From an uncultured Eubacteriales bacterium (GTDB lineage Bacteria; Bacillota; Clostridia; Lachnospirales; Lachnospiraceae), in assembly GCA_902772745.1 (NCBI GenBank), contig CACYBV010000037.1, positions 1 to 30,594 on the forward strand: a DNA stretch of 30,594 bases. The letters are read 5' to 3'. This document shows, piece after piece, positions 16,961 through 25,759 of the stretch (the first letter of the stretch is position 1; every line of letters begins with the position of its first letter). Below the pieces are notes generated by a model. The model saw only the letters and a program-made list of their open reading frames with translations. It had not been told where the DNA came from and searched no databases. Position numbers and translations under genes: made by a program.

Positions 16961-18760
16961 TCATGAAGTTTCTTTTTCAAGCTTCCCGAAATACAGGCGG
17001 TGGGCTTCACCGTAAATCCGGTTGAAGTTTTCGTCCCGCCCCTGGTGCAGGGAAGAAATGTAGCTGTGCTCCTGCTCGGCGAGCTCCGGATGTATTCTCG
17101 CCATCGTGGAGACGCCGATATTGCTGCAGATATCGGAAATCCGCTCGATATCCGACAGGAGGTTCAGGAAAATACTGTCGACAATAACGGTGCATTCGCC
17201 GCTTGCAAGCCGTTTCAGGTGGTTTTCCCGAAGCGCGTTCACGAGGTCATCGACGACTTCCTCCAAAGGCTCGATCGAGCGTGCAGCCTGTTCGTCGCGC
17301 TTCTCGAAGGAACGGTGCGCGAGATCCAGGACCTCCGCGATCAGTTCACGGATCACTTCGAGCTCCCGTTTCGCGCTTTCGGAGAAGCTGACGCTGTTTT
17401 TCTGGAGTCCCTGTGCGGCTTCGGAAATATTGACCGCATGATCGCCGAGACGCTCGAATTCCGAGGTGATGCGGTAGTATTCGTTCATGATCCTCAGGTG
17501 ATCGTCGGACTTGATCGTTGAGCTTAAGCCCACGAGATAGTTGCAGATCCTGTCCGCGAAAATATCGATCCGGTCTTCTTCCTCATTGATTTCCGAAAAC
17601 GCTTTTTCGTCGTATTTCGAAAGCAGCGCCCAGGCGCGGTGGATGTTTTCGCGTGCCGCGTTATACATCGTAAGAAGTGCATCGTAGCAGCTGTTGAATG
17701 CAATCGCGGGCGTGCTGTAGAACTGCGTGTTGAGTCCTGCGAGCTTGTCCGCATATTTTTCGTCCTGCTGTATTCTGCTGCGCACGATGATCTGTGAAAG
17801 CTTTTCGAACCGGAGAACGACGGGAAGCAGCAGCAGTGCGCTCGCGAGATTGAAGACGGTGTTGGTATTGGCAATTCCGCCCGAAAAGATCGGTTTGAGC
17901 CAGATGCCGTCGAGGACGCCGAAGGCATGAAGCAGGGAAACCCCGAGAAGCGCAAGCGCGGACTTTCCGAGGTTGAACAGGATATTGATGATGCCGACAC
18001 GTTTTGCATCCGGCTTCGCTCCGATCCAGCAGACAATTGCGGTTGTGACGCAGTCACCGAGATATATTCCGACGAGAACCGCATAAATTCCCTTAAAGGT
18101 CAGCTGACCGGTTGTCGAGAAGGTCTGCAGGATACCCACAGCGGCACTCGAACTCTGGAGCACGAATGCAACGGCGGCTCCGCTCAGATATCCGATGACG
18201 GGGCTGTCGTCCAGATTGGCGAACAGAGAAAGAAACGCAGGGGATTCGGTCAGGGAATTTACGGCATTGGTCATATTCAGAAGTCCGGAGAAGAGAATTC
18301 CGAAGCCGACGGCGATACCGCCGATCTGTTCGGATTTTCGGATGTGGATGAACATGATCAGGATGACACCGATAATCAGTGCAGCAGGCGCAAGGGTGGA
18401 AGGTTTAAAGATCTGAAGCCAGGCGACTTTGGATTCGTTGAGGTCCAGAAGACGGATAATCTGGCCGGTTACTGTGGTTCCGACATTGGCGCCGACGATG
18501 ATGCCGATGGACTGCCTGAGTGAGATGATGCCGGCGGCCACGAGACCGGAAGTGATGACGATTGTAGCCGTCGAAGACTGGATCACCGCCGTCACTAAAA
18601 GCCCCAGTAAAAATGCTTTGAATATGTTGTTTGTAGCCTTCTCGATTATTTTTTTCAGCGCGCCCGAAGAACTCTCTTTCAGCGTGCCCGACATGAGCCG
18701 CATTCCGTATAAGAACATGGCCAGTCCGCCCAGAAGGCTGATAAAACCGAATATATCCAT
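16961..18760 (-). CDS. Na+/phosphate cotransporter family protein with C-terminal PhoU-like domains
   Basis: GGLAMFLYGM, duplicated QSSTAT/QSSSAA motifs, GANVGTTVT, GIYLGDCVT, and PhoU-like EFERLGDHAVNI and DIERISDICSNI. Start placed at MDIFGF (18760), downstream of the promoter. Confidence 0.9.
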   Translation of the reverse strand: MDIFGFISLLGGLAMFLYGMRLMSGTLKESSSGALKKIIEKATNNIFKAFLLGLLVTAVIQSSTATIVITSGLVAAGIISLRQSIGIIVGANVGTTVTGQIIRLLDLNESKVAWLQIFKPSTLAPAALIIGVILIMFIHIRKSEQIGGIAVGFGILFSGLLNMTNAVNSLTESPAFLSLFANLDDSPVIGYLSGAAVAFVLQSSSAAVGILQTFSTTGQLTFKGIYAVLVGIYLGDCVTTAIVCWIGAKPDAKRVGIINILFNLGKSALALLGVSLLHAFGVLDGIWLKPIFSGGIANTNTVFNLASALLLLPVVLRFEKLSQIIVRSRIQQDEKYADKLAGLNTQFYSTPAIAFNSCYDALLTMYNAARENIHRAWALLSKYDEKAFSEINEEEDRIDIFADRICNYLVGLSSTIKSDDHLRIMNEYYRITSEFERLGDHAVNISEAAQGLQKNSVSFSESAKRELEVIRELIAEVLDLAHRSFEKRDEQAARSIEPLEEVVDDLVNALRENHLKRLASGECTVIVDSIFLNLLSDIERISDICSNIGVSTMARIHPELAEQEHSYISSLHQGRDENFNRIYGEAHRLYFGKLEKETS

Positions 18761-18800
18761 TTGCGTAAAAACGCTCCCCGTACATTTGATAAACAAATTC

Positions 18801-18829
18801 ATTATAATTGATCTTTTTACAATTTGCAA
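18801..18829 (-). promoter_or_regulatory. Sigma-A promoter for the Na/Pi transporter
   Basis: Minus strand TTGCAA (18829-18824), 17 bp spacer, TATAAT (18806-18801). Confidence 0.7.
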
Positions 18830-18865
18830 CTGTGAAAAATCCGAGAACTTGTGTCCTTCCCGCGC

Positions 18866-18894
18866 TTGTCTTTTCGTGCATTTCCATGTATAAT
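18866..18894 (+). promoter_or_regulatory. Sigma-A promoter for the deaminase-fold gene
   Basis: TTGTCT, 17 bp spacer, TATAAT (18889-18894). Confidence 0.65.
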
Positions 18895-19000
18895 GAAGCC
18901 GGGACGGGAGGCCGGTCCTTTTGTGTGCGGTTTTGTGAACGCACGGGATACAGGGCTCCTGCAGACACCTTTTTCAGAATTAAACGTGCGGAGGAATCGG

Positions 19001-21439
19001 ATGGCGTATTTCGGAAGCTTTTCCCTGGATCAGGAGAAGGATATCATCGTGGACCTGGATCTTTCGGCCGGGCTGATGTCCTATGTGCTCCGGACGCCGA
19101 ATCACGGATCGGGAAACCTGATCACGAACCTTTCGCGGATGTGCGGACTGCCGCTGTCGATGGACGAACAGGGGCTTTTTGTGATCCGCGGAACCGTTCC
19201 CTGCTACATTGATGACCGAAACCGGATGGTTTATGTATTCCGGCTCCGGGACACGAAAGCCGCGAACATCTATCCGGACGGAACCATCGAACGGAAGGCC
19301 TCAATCCCCGCGATTTCCAAGACCCTGATGTCACAGACCAAGGATTACCGGCTCGATTTCAAGAAAACCGTCGTCAAGACCTACATTCTCTCGGAATGCA
19401 AATTTCGGACCGACCTGCACACGCATATGAACGCGAACCTCTCGCCGGACGTGCTGATCGCGCTCGGGATCCGGCATGAAATCCGTTATCCGCTGTATTA
19501 TATAAAAAAGCTGGGGCTGAAACTCTCGGAAAAGCAGCAGGAAACGCTTCTCCGGCGGCGGAAGGAACAGGAGGAAAAATACCGTGACTGCGGACTTGAA
19601 GGAAAGTACCTCGACCGCAGGATCGACGACAATACCTTCATCAATTTTGCCGACCTGATCCTGAAAAACCTCGAAAATGCCGCTGAAAACATTCCGAAGA
19701 TCCGGGCTTCCCTTTCCGTGATGAAGGACGGACAGGCGGTTTTTACGAATCTTGAAAAAGTATACCTTTACCGCTATGTTTTTACGAAAGGCGAAAAATC
19801 AGCGCATCCCGTCGTCCTTTCGGGGATCGAATCGATCCCGGACCCGGATATCGCACAGGCGCTCCGCAGGATGATGCTGGACATGCACAGCCCGGAATAT
19901 GCGGGAAATACGCTGTTCCAGAACAAACTCCTGTGGATCGCGCGCGGCTATAAAGACAAGGGCATCCGCTATGCGGAGATTTCCGACACTTCGCTTCTAA
20001 AACCCGGCGAATCGTTCCGGGTGCTTTCGGAAATCCACGAAGTCATGCCCAAAATAATGCGGGAAACCGGCGTAATGCTCCGCTTCCTTGCGGCTTTCCG
20101 AAGGATTCCCCTGACGATCGTCAGAGACCGGATCCTGCAGGACGACCGGTCGGAAAGCCTGCGGATGCTCCGGGTCATCTCGGGGGATCCCTATGTCGCG
20201 GGGACCGATATCGTCGGCGAGGAAATCAACGACATCCGTGAACTTTCGCCGCTGATTCAGGGCATTGTCCGGACCGCTGCGGACCAGCCGGGATTTGTCG
20301 TAAGGATTCACGCCGGTGAAAACGATTCCCTCCGTGACAATGTCCTGAACAGCATCCGCTGCGTGCGGGATTCGCTTCAGCCGGGACAGAAGATGCCGCA
20401 CCTTCGGATCGGGCACGGGCTCTATACCGCAAATCTCGATTCGCAGAAAGGAAAGCAGCTGATCCGCGAGCTGATCGAAAACCGGGTAATCCTGGAGTTC
20501 CAGATCACGTCAAACGTCCGTCTGAACAACCTGTCGGAGCTCACCCGTCATCCGCTGAAAAAGTACCTCCGGGCAGGCGTTATGTGCGTGCAGGGGACGG
20601 ACGGCGGCGCGCTGTACGGGACGGATTCTATCGACGAGGAGCTCGCGCTCGAGAAGATGCTCGATCTCACAAGGCCTGATCTGATGCGGATGCGGGAGAC
20701 GGAAGAACGGGTCCTGAAAGATTCTTTCGCCGCTTTTTATGAAAAAATGAGCGAATTCGACCGGCATGCGGGCGGGCTTCCCTGCAGCGGATATTATGAA
20801 AGAAAACTCCGGGAAAGCACAGACCTGGCACCGGCGGTTCCGAAAGAACAGGCGAAGAATGCTTCCGCCGAGGTGTTTTCAAGGGAAATCCGGGATCTCC
20901 CCGCGGGAAAGCTTCCGGTCGTCGTCCTCGGCGGTTCCTTCAACAACGACAGCCATCATACGGTGCTCCGGGAAGAGAACTGCGAGCTTCTCCGGGAACT
21001 TCTCATAAAAGGGGATCCTTCAAAAATCTTCTTTGTGATCGGACACCGGATTTCAGGTTATGAAAAATACCTGCTTTCGGAAAACCGCGGACGATTTGAA
21101 GTGTTTTCCTTTGTTCCGTCGGAAGTGACGAAAGCGGAAGAAAAGCGGCTGAAAAAAGCCGGTGTTCTGATCCGGGTATCGATTGAAGCTTCTGGACTCG
21201 GATTATATAAGAGCGTCACTTACGAGATTTTCAGGCGGCGCGAATCGGTGCTTCTTGCGCTTGACGGAAACTCCGCAGGCGCAAACATGATACAGGACGC
21301 GAAAAACGGTCATCGGGGCTGCAGGATTTTCATCAGCGGCCGCAGCCGGGCGCTTCAGAGAAAAGCGCAGTCCCTTGCGGGCTACGTGAAAGTGTTCACG
21401 GGAACGCAGGGCCTTGCGGAGGAAATTCTCGGAGAGTAA
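19001..21439 (+). CDS. Large adenosine/AMP-deaminase-fold metallohydrolase with N-terminal extension and SLOG-like C-terminal domain
   Basis: DLHTHMN (19412), RIHAGE (20306), RIGHG (20405), FQITSN and GTDGG (20594). ATG 19001 follows GGAGG. Confidence 0.8.
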   Translation: MAYFGSFSLDQEKDIIVDLDLSAGLMSYVLRTPNHGSGNLITNLSRMCGLPLSMDEQGLFVIRGTVPCYIDDRNRMVYVFRLRDTKAANIYPDGTIERKASIPAISKTLMSQTKDYRLDFKKTVVKTYILSECKFRTDLHTHMNANLSPDVLIALGIRHEIRYPLYYIKKLGLKLSEKQQETLLRRRKEQEEKYRDCGLEGKYLDRRIDDNTFINFADLILKNLENAAENIPKIRASLSVMKDGQAVFTNLEKVYLYRYVFTKGEKSAHPVVLSGIESIPDPDIAQALRRMMLDMHSPEYAGNTLFQNKLLWIARGYKDKGIRYAEISDTSLLKPGESFRVLSEIHEVMPKIMRETGVMLRFLAAFRRIPLTIVRDRILQDDRSESLRMLRVISGDPYVAGTDIVGEEINDIRELSPLIQGIVRTAADQPGFVVRIHAGENDSLRDNVLNSIRCVRDSLQPGQKMPHLRIGHGLYTANLDSQKGKQLIRELIENRVILEFQITSNVRLNNLSELTRHPLKKYLRAGVMCVQGTDGGALYGTDSIDEELALEKMLDLTRPDLMRMRETEERVLKDSFAAFYEKMSEFDRHAGGLPCSGYYERKLRESTDLAPAVPKEQAKNASAEVFSREIRDLPAGKLPVVVLGGSFNNDSHHTVLREENCELLRELLIKGDPSKIFFVIGHRISGYEKYLLSENRGRFEVFSFVPSEVTKAEEKRLKKAGVLIRVSIEASGLGLYKSVTYEIFRRRESVLLALDGNSAGANMIQDAKNGHRGCRIFISGRSRALQRKAQSLAGYVKVFTGTQGLAEEILGE

Positions 21440-21452
21440 GAACCGGTTCCGC

Positions 21453-21481
21453 TTGAAATCGAAGCCGGGCTGGTGTATGAT
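21453..21481 (+). promoter_or_regulatory. Putative sigma-A promoter for the Mrp/ApbC gene
   Basis: TTGAAA, 17 bp spacer, TATGAT. Confidence 0.6.
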
Positions 21482-21559
21482 ATAGGGTATGTTTACGCCG
21501 CCGGGCGAAACAGATTATAAAGCCGGTCAATCCCGGCAGATGAAACAGATTATATAGAC

Positions 21560-21596
21560 TGTCATCCCGAGTGAGCGAAGCGAATCAAGGGATCCC
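21560..21596 (+). repeat. CGTC/TGTC-type REP-like palindromic element
   Basis: TGTCATCCCGAGTGAGCGAAGCGAATCAAGGGATCCC: GTC tag, ATCCC/GGGAT stem and internal GAGCGAAGCGA, the pattern of the GTCATyCyGAGCGAAGCGAxGGATC family. Single copy in this window. Confidence 0.6.
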
Positions 21597-21631
21597 GTCA
21601 ATAAAGAGCAATACAAGGAGAACCAACAATC

Positions 21632-22468
21632 ATGGCTGAAAACTGTGATCACAACTGTGAAAGCTGCGCGCTGAACTGCGATTCGAGAACGGCGCCGCAG
21701 GATTTTCGTGAAAAACTGAATGCGCTTTCAAGCGTCGGAAAAGTCATCGGCATCGTCAGCGGCAAAGGCGGCGTCGGAAAGTCCCTTGTGACTTCGCTTC
21801 TCGCATCAGCCTTGCAGAAGAGCGGGCGTCAGGCGGCGATTATGGACGCGGATATTACCGGGCCTTCGATCCCGAAGGGCTTCGGGCTCTCCAGGGAACA
21901 CTGCACTTCCGACGGAACGAACCTGTATCCGGCGGAGAGCGAATCCGGCATCCGGATCATGTCGATGAACCTCCTTCTTGCAAATGCCGACGACCCGGTC
22001 GTATGGCGCGGCCCGGTGATCGCCGGCGCCGTGAAGCAGTTCTGGACGGATGTGGCCTGGGGCAATGTGGATACGATGTTTGTCGACATGCCCCCGGGAA
22101 CCGGGGACGTTCCGCTGACCGTATTCCAGAGCCTTCCCGTGGACGGAATCATCGTTGTGACAAGTCCGCAGGAACTCGTGTCGATGATCGTCGGAAAGGC
22201 CGTGAAAATGGCGGATATGATGAATATTCCAATCCTCGGCATCGTTGAAAACATGTCTTATTTCGAATGCCCGGACTGCGGGAAGCGCCATGCGGTCTTC
22301 GGCGAGAGCCATATCGACGCGCTGGCAGAAACCTACGGGATCGACACGGTCGCGAAGCTCCCGATCGACCCCGCCCTCGCGGCGCTCACGGATCAGGGCC
22401 GGATCGGGGAATATGACTGCCCGGCGCTTACGGATATTCTTGCGAAGATTGAAGCGGTGAACGAATAA
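21632..22468 (+). CDS. Mrp/NBP35 (ApbC) Fe-S cluster carrier ATPase
   Basis: N-terminal CDHNCESCALNC, VSGKGGVGKS, DADITGPSIP, VVWRGP, VDMPPGTGD and ENMSYFECPDCG. Confidence 0.93.
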   Translation: MAENCDHNCESCALNCDSRTAPQDFREKLNALSSVGKVIGIVSGKGGVGKSLVTSLLASALQKSGRQAAIMDADITGPSIPKGFGLSREHCTSDGTNLYPAESESGIRIMSMNLLLANADDPVVWRGPVIAGAVKQFWTDVAWGNVDTMFVDMPPGTGDVPLTVFQSLPVDGIIVVTSPQELVSMIVGKAVKMADMMNIPILGIVENMSYFECPDCGKRHAVFGESHIDALAETYGIDTVAKLPIDPALAALTDQGRIGEYDCPALTDILAKIEAVNE

Positions 22469-22540
22469 CTGCGGGACAGTACGGGCGGAATCGGGCAGCG
22501 GACGGCTTTTCTGAAGGAATTATTTCAGGAGGAAGTGAAC

Positions 22541-24553
22541 ATGAAAAAACAGCGGATTCGCGCAGCGGTATTACTTGCGGTTTTTCTTCTCGGCGCATTT
22601 CTCTGTCTCATGATCGCGGGCCGGATCCAGCATGGATTCGGAACGGTGGAAATCACGGAAGGATATATCGAAGCGGATGATCGGGACGGAAAGGAAATCG
22701 GACAGATCCGCTACAAGCTGTATAAGCCCGCAGGCGTATCGGAAACCAATAAAGCTCCGGGTATCCTGCTTCTGCACGGCTACCAGAACGACCATGAAAC
22801 CTGCGCAGCCTATTCGATCGAGCTTGCGCGCCGCGGCTACGTGGTGCTCGCTATCGATGAGTACGGCCACGGTCTCACGACGGCGGGGCTTCGGTACCGC
22901 GGCTATGTCAATCACAAGGTGACCGTGAACTACGGCGAGGACAGCGAAGAAGCCGGTACATTCAAGACAACCGGCGGTCCGGTGCGCTACCGGATCATGA
23001 TGAATTTCTCGAACCTGAGTTTCTTTGATCCGCATTATTCTGCGGATCAGGACGGCAATTACCTGCTGGATTCTTCCTGCGGCGGCTGCATCGCATACCG
23101 GATCCTCGCGGATTATCCTTTTGTCGACAATACTAAACTCGGCCTCTCCGGCCATTCGATGGGCACCTGGTCCAGCTGGTCGGTCGCCGCAGCCTATTCC
23201 GGAACAGAGATCGAACCCAAAGCCACTGTGCTGCAGTGCGGCGAGCTGTTCACCGACGATGCCTACGATGTACAGAAGTATCATTTCAGCAATGTGCTTC
23301 TGCTGCAGGCAAAATGGGACGAATTCAGCTACTTCCGCGACTATGAAAAGAATGTCACGGATGAACTTCTGAAGTCGGACCTTCGGACAAACTTTCTGGG
23401 AACCGATGCCGGGAACGCGAAATGGGACACGACTTTCGGCGACTTTTCGGACGGATCTGCAAGAAGGATGGAGCTTCTCTATACGAACCACCGCCTGACG
23501 ACCCACAACAAAAAGGGTCTCGCGGCTGCGATCGACTGGTTTGATGCGGCAACCGGGCACACTTCCGCGATTGCGCCTGAAAAGCAGATCGCGATGGCAA
23601 AGGAATGGCTCGTATTCGCGGCGATGCTTTTTGTGATCGCGGCGATGATTCCGTGGATGAACCTGCTCCTTACGGTTCCGTTCTTCAAAAAAGTCATTCA
23701 GCCGCTTCCGAGTCCGTACAAGGCGAAGACAAAAGGCCCGTGGTGGAAGGGCGCCGTGATCACGATGCTGATCGCCGCGTCGACCTACCCCTTTATGACG
23801 CAGCTCGGGCACGGACTCCTGCCGCTTCCGGAAAATGTATTCCGTATGACGGTCGGAAACGGCTTTATCGCCTGGTACCTCCTGCTGATCCTGATCATGG
23901 TCGTTATGACTGCGGTGTCAAGGGTGCGCGGGAAGAAAAAGGGAACGCTTCAGACCTGGCACGACATGGGACTTGCGGCAGCGGAAAAGCCCGATAAAAT
24001 CAGCCTCGGCCTCTGCCTCCGTTCTGCGGTGCTGGTGCTTGCGACCGTGCTTCTGATGTACCTCTGCGTCGTTTTTTCGGAAGCGTTTTTCAAGCTGGAC
24101 CTTCGGTTTATCTGGCCCTTCTTCAAGAGATTCAACGGTGAACGGCTTCTGCAGTTTATGGTCTATATCCCGGTATTTGCGCTGTTCTTCATCCTGAACA
24201 ATTCCAAGATCATGGCATCTGCGAGAACGCACTGGACCTATGAACCGGGCTTCAAGGGATTTTTCCAGAACTGGTGGCGGAACGCGGTCATGATGGCCGG
24301 CGGGATTTTCATTATCATCCTCCTGGAGTATATTCCGTTCTTTCTCGGAATCGGCCCGGGCGCTGACCTTATGTTCGGATCCACCTTCGGCGGACCGTTT
24401 ATGTCGCTTCTCATTGTTTTCTTCCCGCAGGTTCTCGTGTTCAGCGTTCTCGGGACGATTATCTACCGGAAGACCGGAAATGTTTATACCGGCGCAATCC
24501 TGATCGCGGTGCTCGCCTCCTGGGTGGTCACCGGCGGTTCATCGATGCTGTAA
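22541..24553 (+). CDS. Alpha/beta hydrolase with N-terminal TM and multi-TM C-terminal domain
   Basis: LLHGYQN, RGYVVLAIDEYGHG and nucleophile elbow GHSMG, followed by about 8 hydrophobic segments. RBS AGGAGG; start is GTG 22535 or ATG 22541. Confidence 0.8.
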   Translation: MKKQRIRAAVLLAVFLLGAFLCLMIAGRIQHGFGTVEITEGYIEADDRDGKEIGQIRYKLYKPAGVSETNKAPGILLLHGYQNDHETCAAYSIELARRGYVVLAIDEYGHGLTTAGLRYRGYVNHKVTVNYGEDSEEAGTFKTTGGPVRYRIMMNFSNLSFFDPHYSADQDGNYLLDSSCGGCIAYRILADYPFVDNTKLGLSGHSMGTWSSWSVAAAYSGTEIEPKATVLQCGELFTDDAYDVQKYHFSNVLLLQAKWDEFSYFRDYEKNVTDELLKSDLRTNFLGTDAGNAKWDTTFGDFSDGSARRMELLYTNHRLTTHNKKGLAAAIDWFDAATGHTSAIAPEKQIAMAKEWLVFAAMLFVIAAMIPWMNLLLTVPFFKKVIQPLPSPYKAKTKGPWWKGAVITMLIAASTYPFMTQLGHGLLPLPENVFRMTVGNGFIAWYLLLILIMVVMTAVSRVRGKKKGTLQTWHDMGLAAAEKPDKISLGLCLRSAVLVLATVLLMYLCVVFSEAFFKLDLRFIWPFFKRFNGERLLQFMVYIPVFALFFILNNSKIMASARTHWTYEPGFKGFFQNWWRNAVMMAGGIFIIILLEYIPFFLGIGPGADLMFGSTFGGPFMSLLIVFFPQVLVFSVLGTIIYRKTGNVYTGAILIAVLASWVVTGGSSML

Positions 24554-24618
24554 GGACAGATCAGCGGCAGAATGCACACGGGTTCGTCCGGAACTGGCAT
24601 CTGCAGCAAGATAAAATT

Positions 24619-25749
24619 ATGAAACAGACAGTTAAAATTTCCGGAAAAGAGCGGGGAAAAATCATTGTCCGGACCAGCGTGATCGGGATCCTTTCGAACC
24701 TGCTGCTTTCCGGATTCAAGGCGGCAGTGGGAATGCTTACGGGATCGATCGCGATCGCCCTCGACGCCGTCAACAACTTAAGCGATGCGCTGTCCTCGGT
24801 GATCACGATTATCGGGACCCGGCTTGCGGCGAAGAATCCGGACCGCGAGCATCCGCTCGGGCACGGACGATATGAGTATATTGCGGCAGAAATCATCTCC
24901 GCGGTCATTCTGTACGCCGGCATCACCTCCCTTGTGGAGTCCGTGAAGAAAATCATCACGCCGTCGGCGCCGGATTATTCGGCAGTTTCTCTTGTGATTG
25001 TCGGCGCGGCGGTTGCGGTCAAGATCGTTCTCGGGAGCTTTGTGAAAAAACAGGGCGTCCGCGTAAATTCGGACGCGCTCAGGGACTCCGGAAAAGACGC
25101 GCTGTTTGACGCGGTAATTTCCGCGACGACACTTCTTGCGGCGGGAATCTTCCTCGTTTTCGGTCTTTCCCTCGAGGCATGGCTCGGCGCGCTGATTTCG
25201 CTTTACATCATCTGGTCCGGTGTCGATATGTTCCGGGAGACGATGTCGAGAATTCTCGGCGAGCGTGTGGATACGGAGCTCTCCCGGGCGATCAAGGGAA
25301 CGATTACCGGTATTCCCGGGGTCAGCGGCGCCTATGACCTGATCCTGCACAGCTACGGGCCGGACAAATGGCAGGGCTCGGTGCATATCGAGGTCCCGGA
25401 TACCTGGACCGCGGAAGACATCGACCGGGTTTCGCGTCAGATTCAGGAACTCGTCTATGTGGAGCATCAGGTGATCCTGACCGGGATCGGCATCTACGCA
25501 AGAAACACTGTGGGCGGAGAAGCGGAAACAGCCCGGACCCGCATCACAGAGGCGGTCATGGCCGAAGACCAGGTCCTGCAGATTCATGGCTTTAACTTCA
25601 GCGAAGCGGAGAAGACGATCCGTTTCGATATCGTGCTGGATTTCTCCGCAGACCGGCAGGCGGTATCAGATCAGATTTTGAAAAAGGTGCAGGCGATGTA
25701 CCCGGATTACCGGATCCGGATTGTGGTCGATTCGGACATCAGCGACTGA
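24619..25749 (+). CDS. Cation diffusion facilitator transporter, MntE-like site, two C-terminal ZT_dimer-like domains
   Basis: GSIAIALDAVNNLSD, PDREHPLGHGRYEY, ALRDSGKDALFD and LILHSYGP. Confidence 0.9.
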   Translation: MKQTVKISGKERGKIIVRTSVIGILSNLLLSGFKAAVGMLTGSIAIALDAVNNLSDALSSVITIIGTRLAAKNPDREHPLGHGRYEYIAAEIISAVILYAGITSLVESVKKIITPSAPDYSAVSLVIVGAAVAVKIVLGSFVKKQGVRVNSDALRDSGKDALFDAVISATTLLAAGIFLVFGLSLEAWLGALISLYIIWSGVDMFRETMSRILGERVDTELSRAIKGTITGIPGVSGAYDLILHSYGPDKWQGSVHIEVPDTWTAEDIDRVSRQIQELVYVEHQVILTGIGIYARNTVGGEAETARTRITEAVMAEDQVLQIHGFNFSEAEKTIRFDIVLDFSADRQAVSDQILKKVQAMYPDYRIRIVVDSDISD

Positions 25750-25759
25750 CAGGGGATTT

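Noticed and set aside
18895-19000. Purine riboswitch upstream of the deaminase
   Set aside because: The conserved purine-aptamer core (TATAAT...GATATGG...GTTTCTACC) is not present.
19001-21439. RADAR defence system (RdrB-like deaminase)
   Set aside because: There is no adjacent RdrA-type AAA+ ATPase, and the neighbours are housekeeping genes, not a defence island. Only the size and fold are similar.
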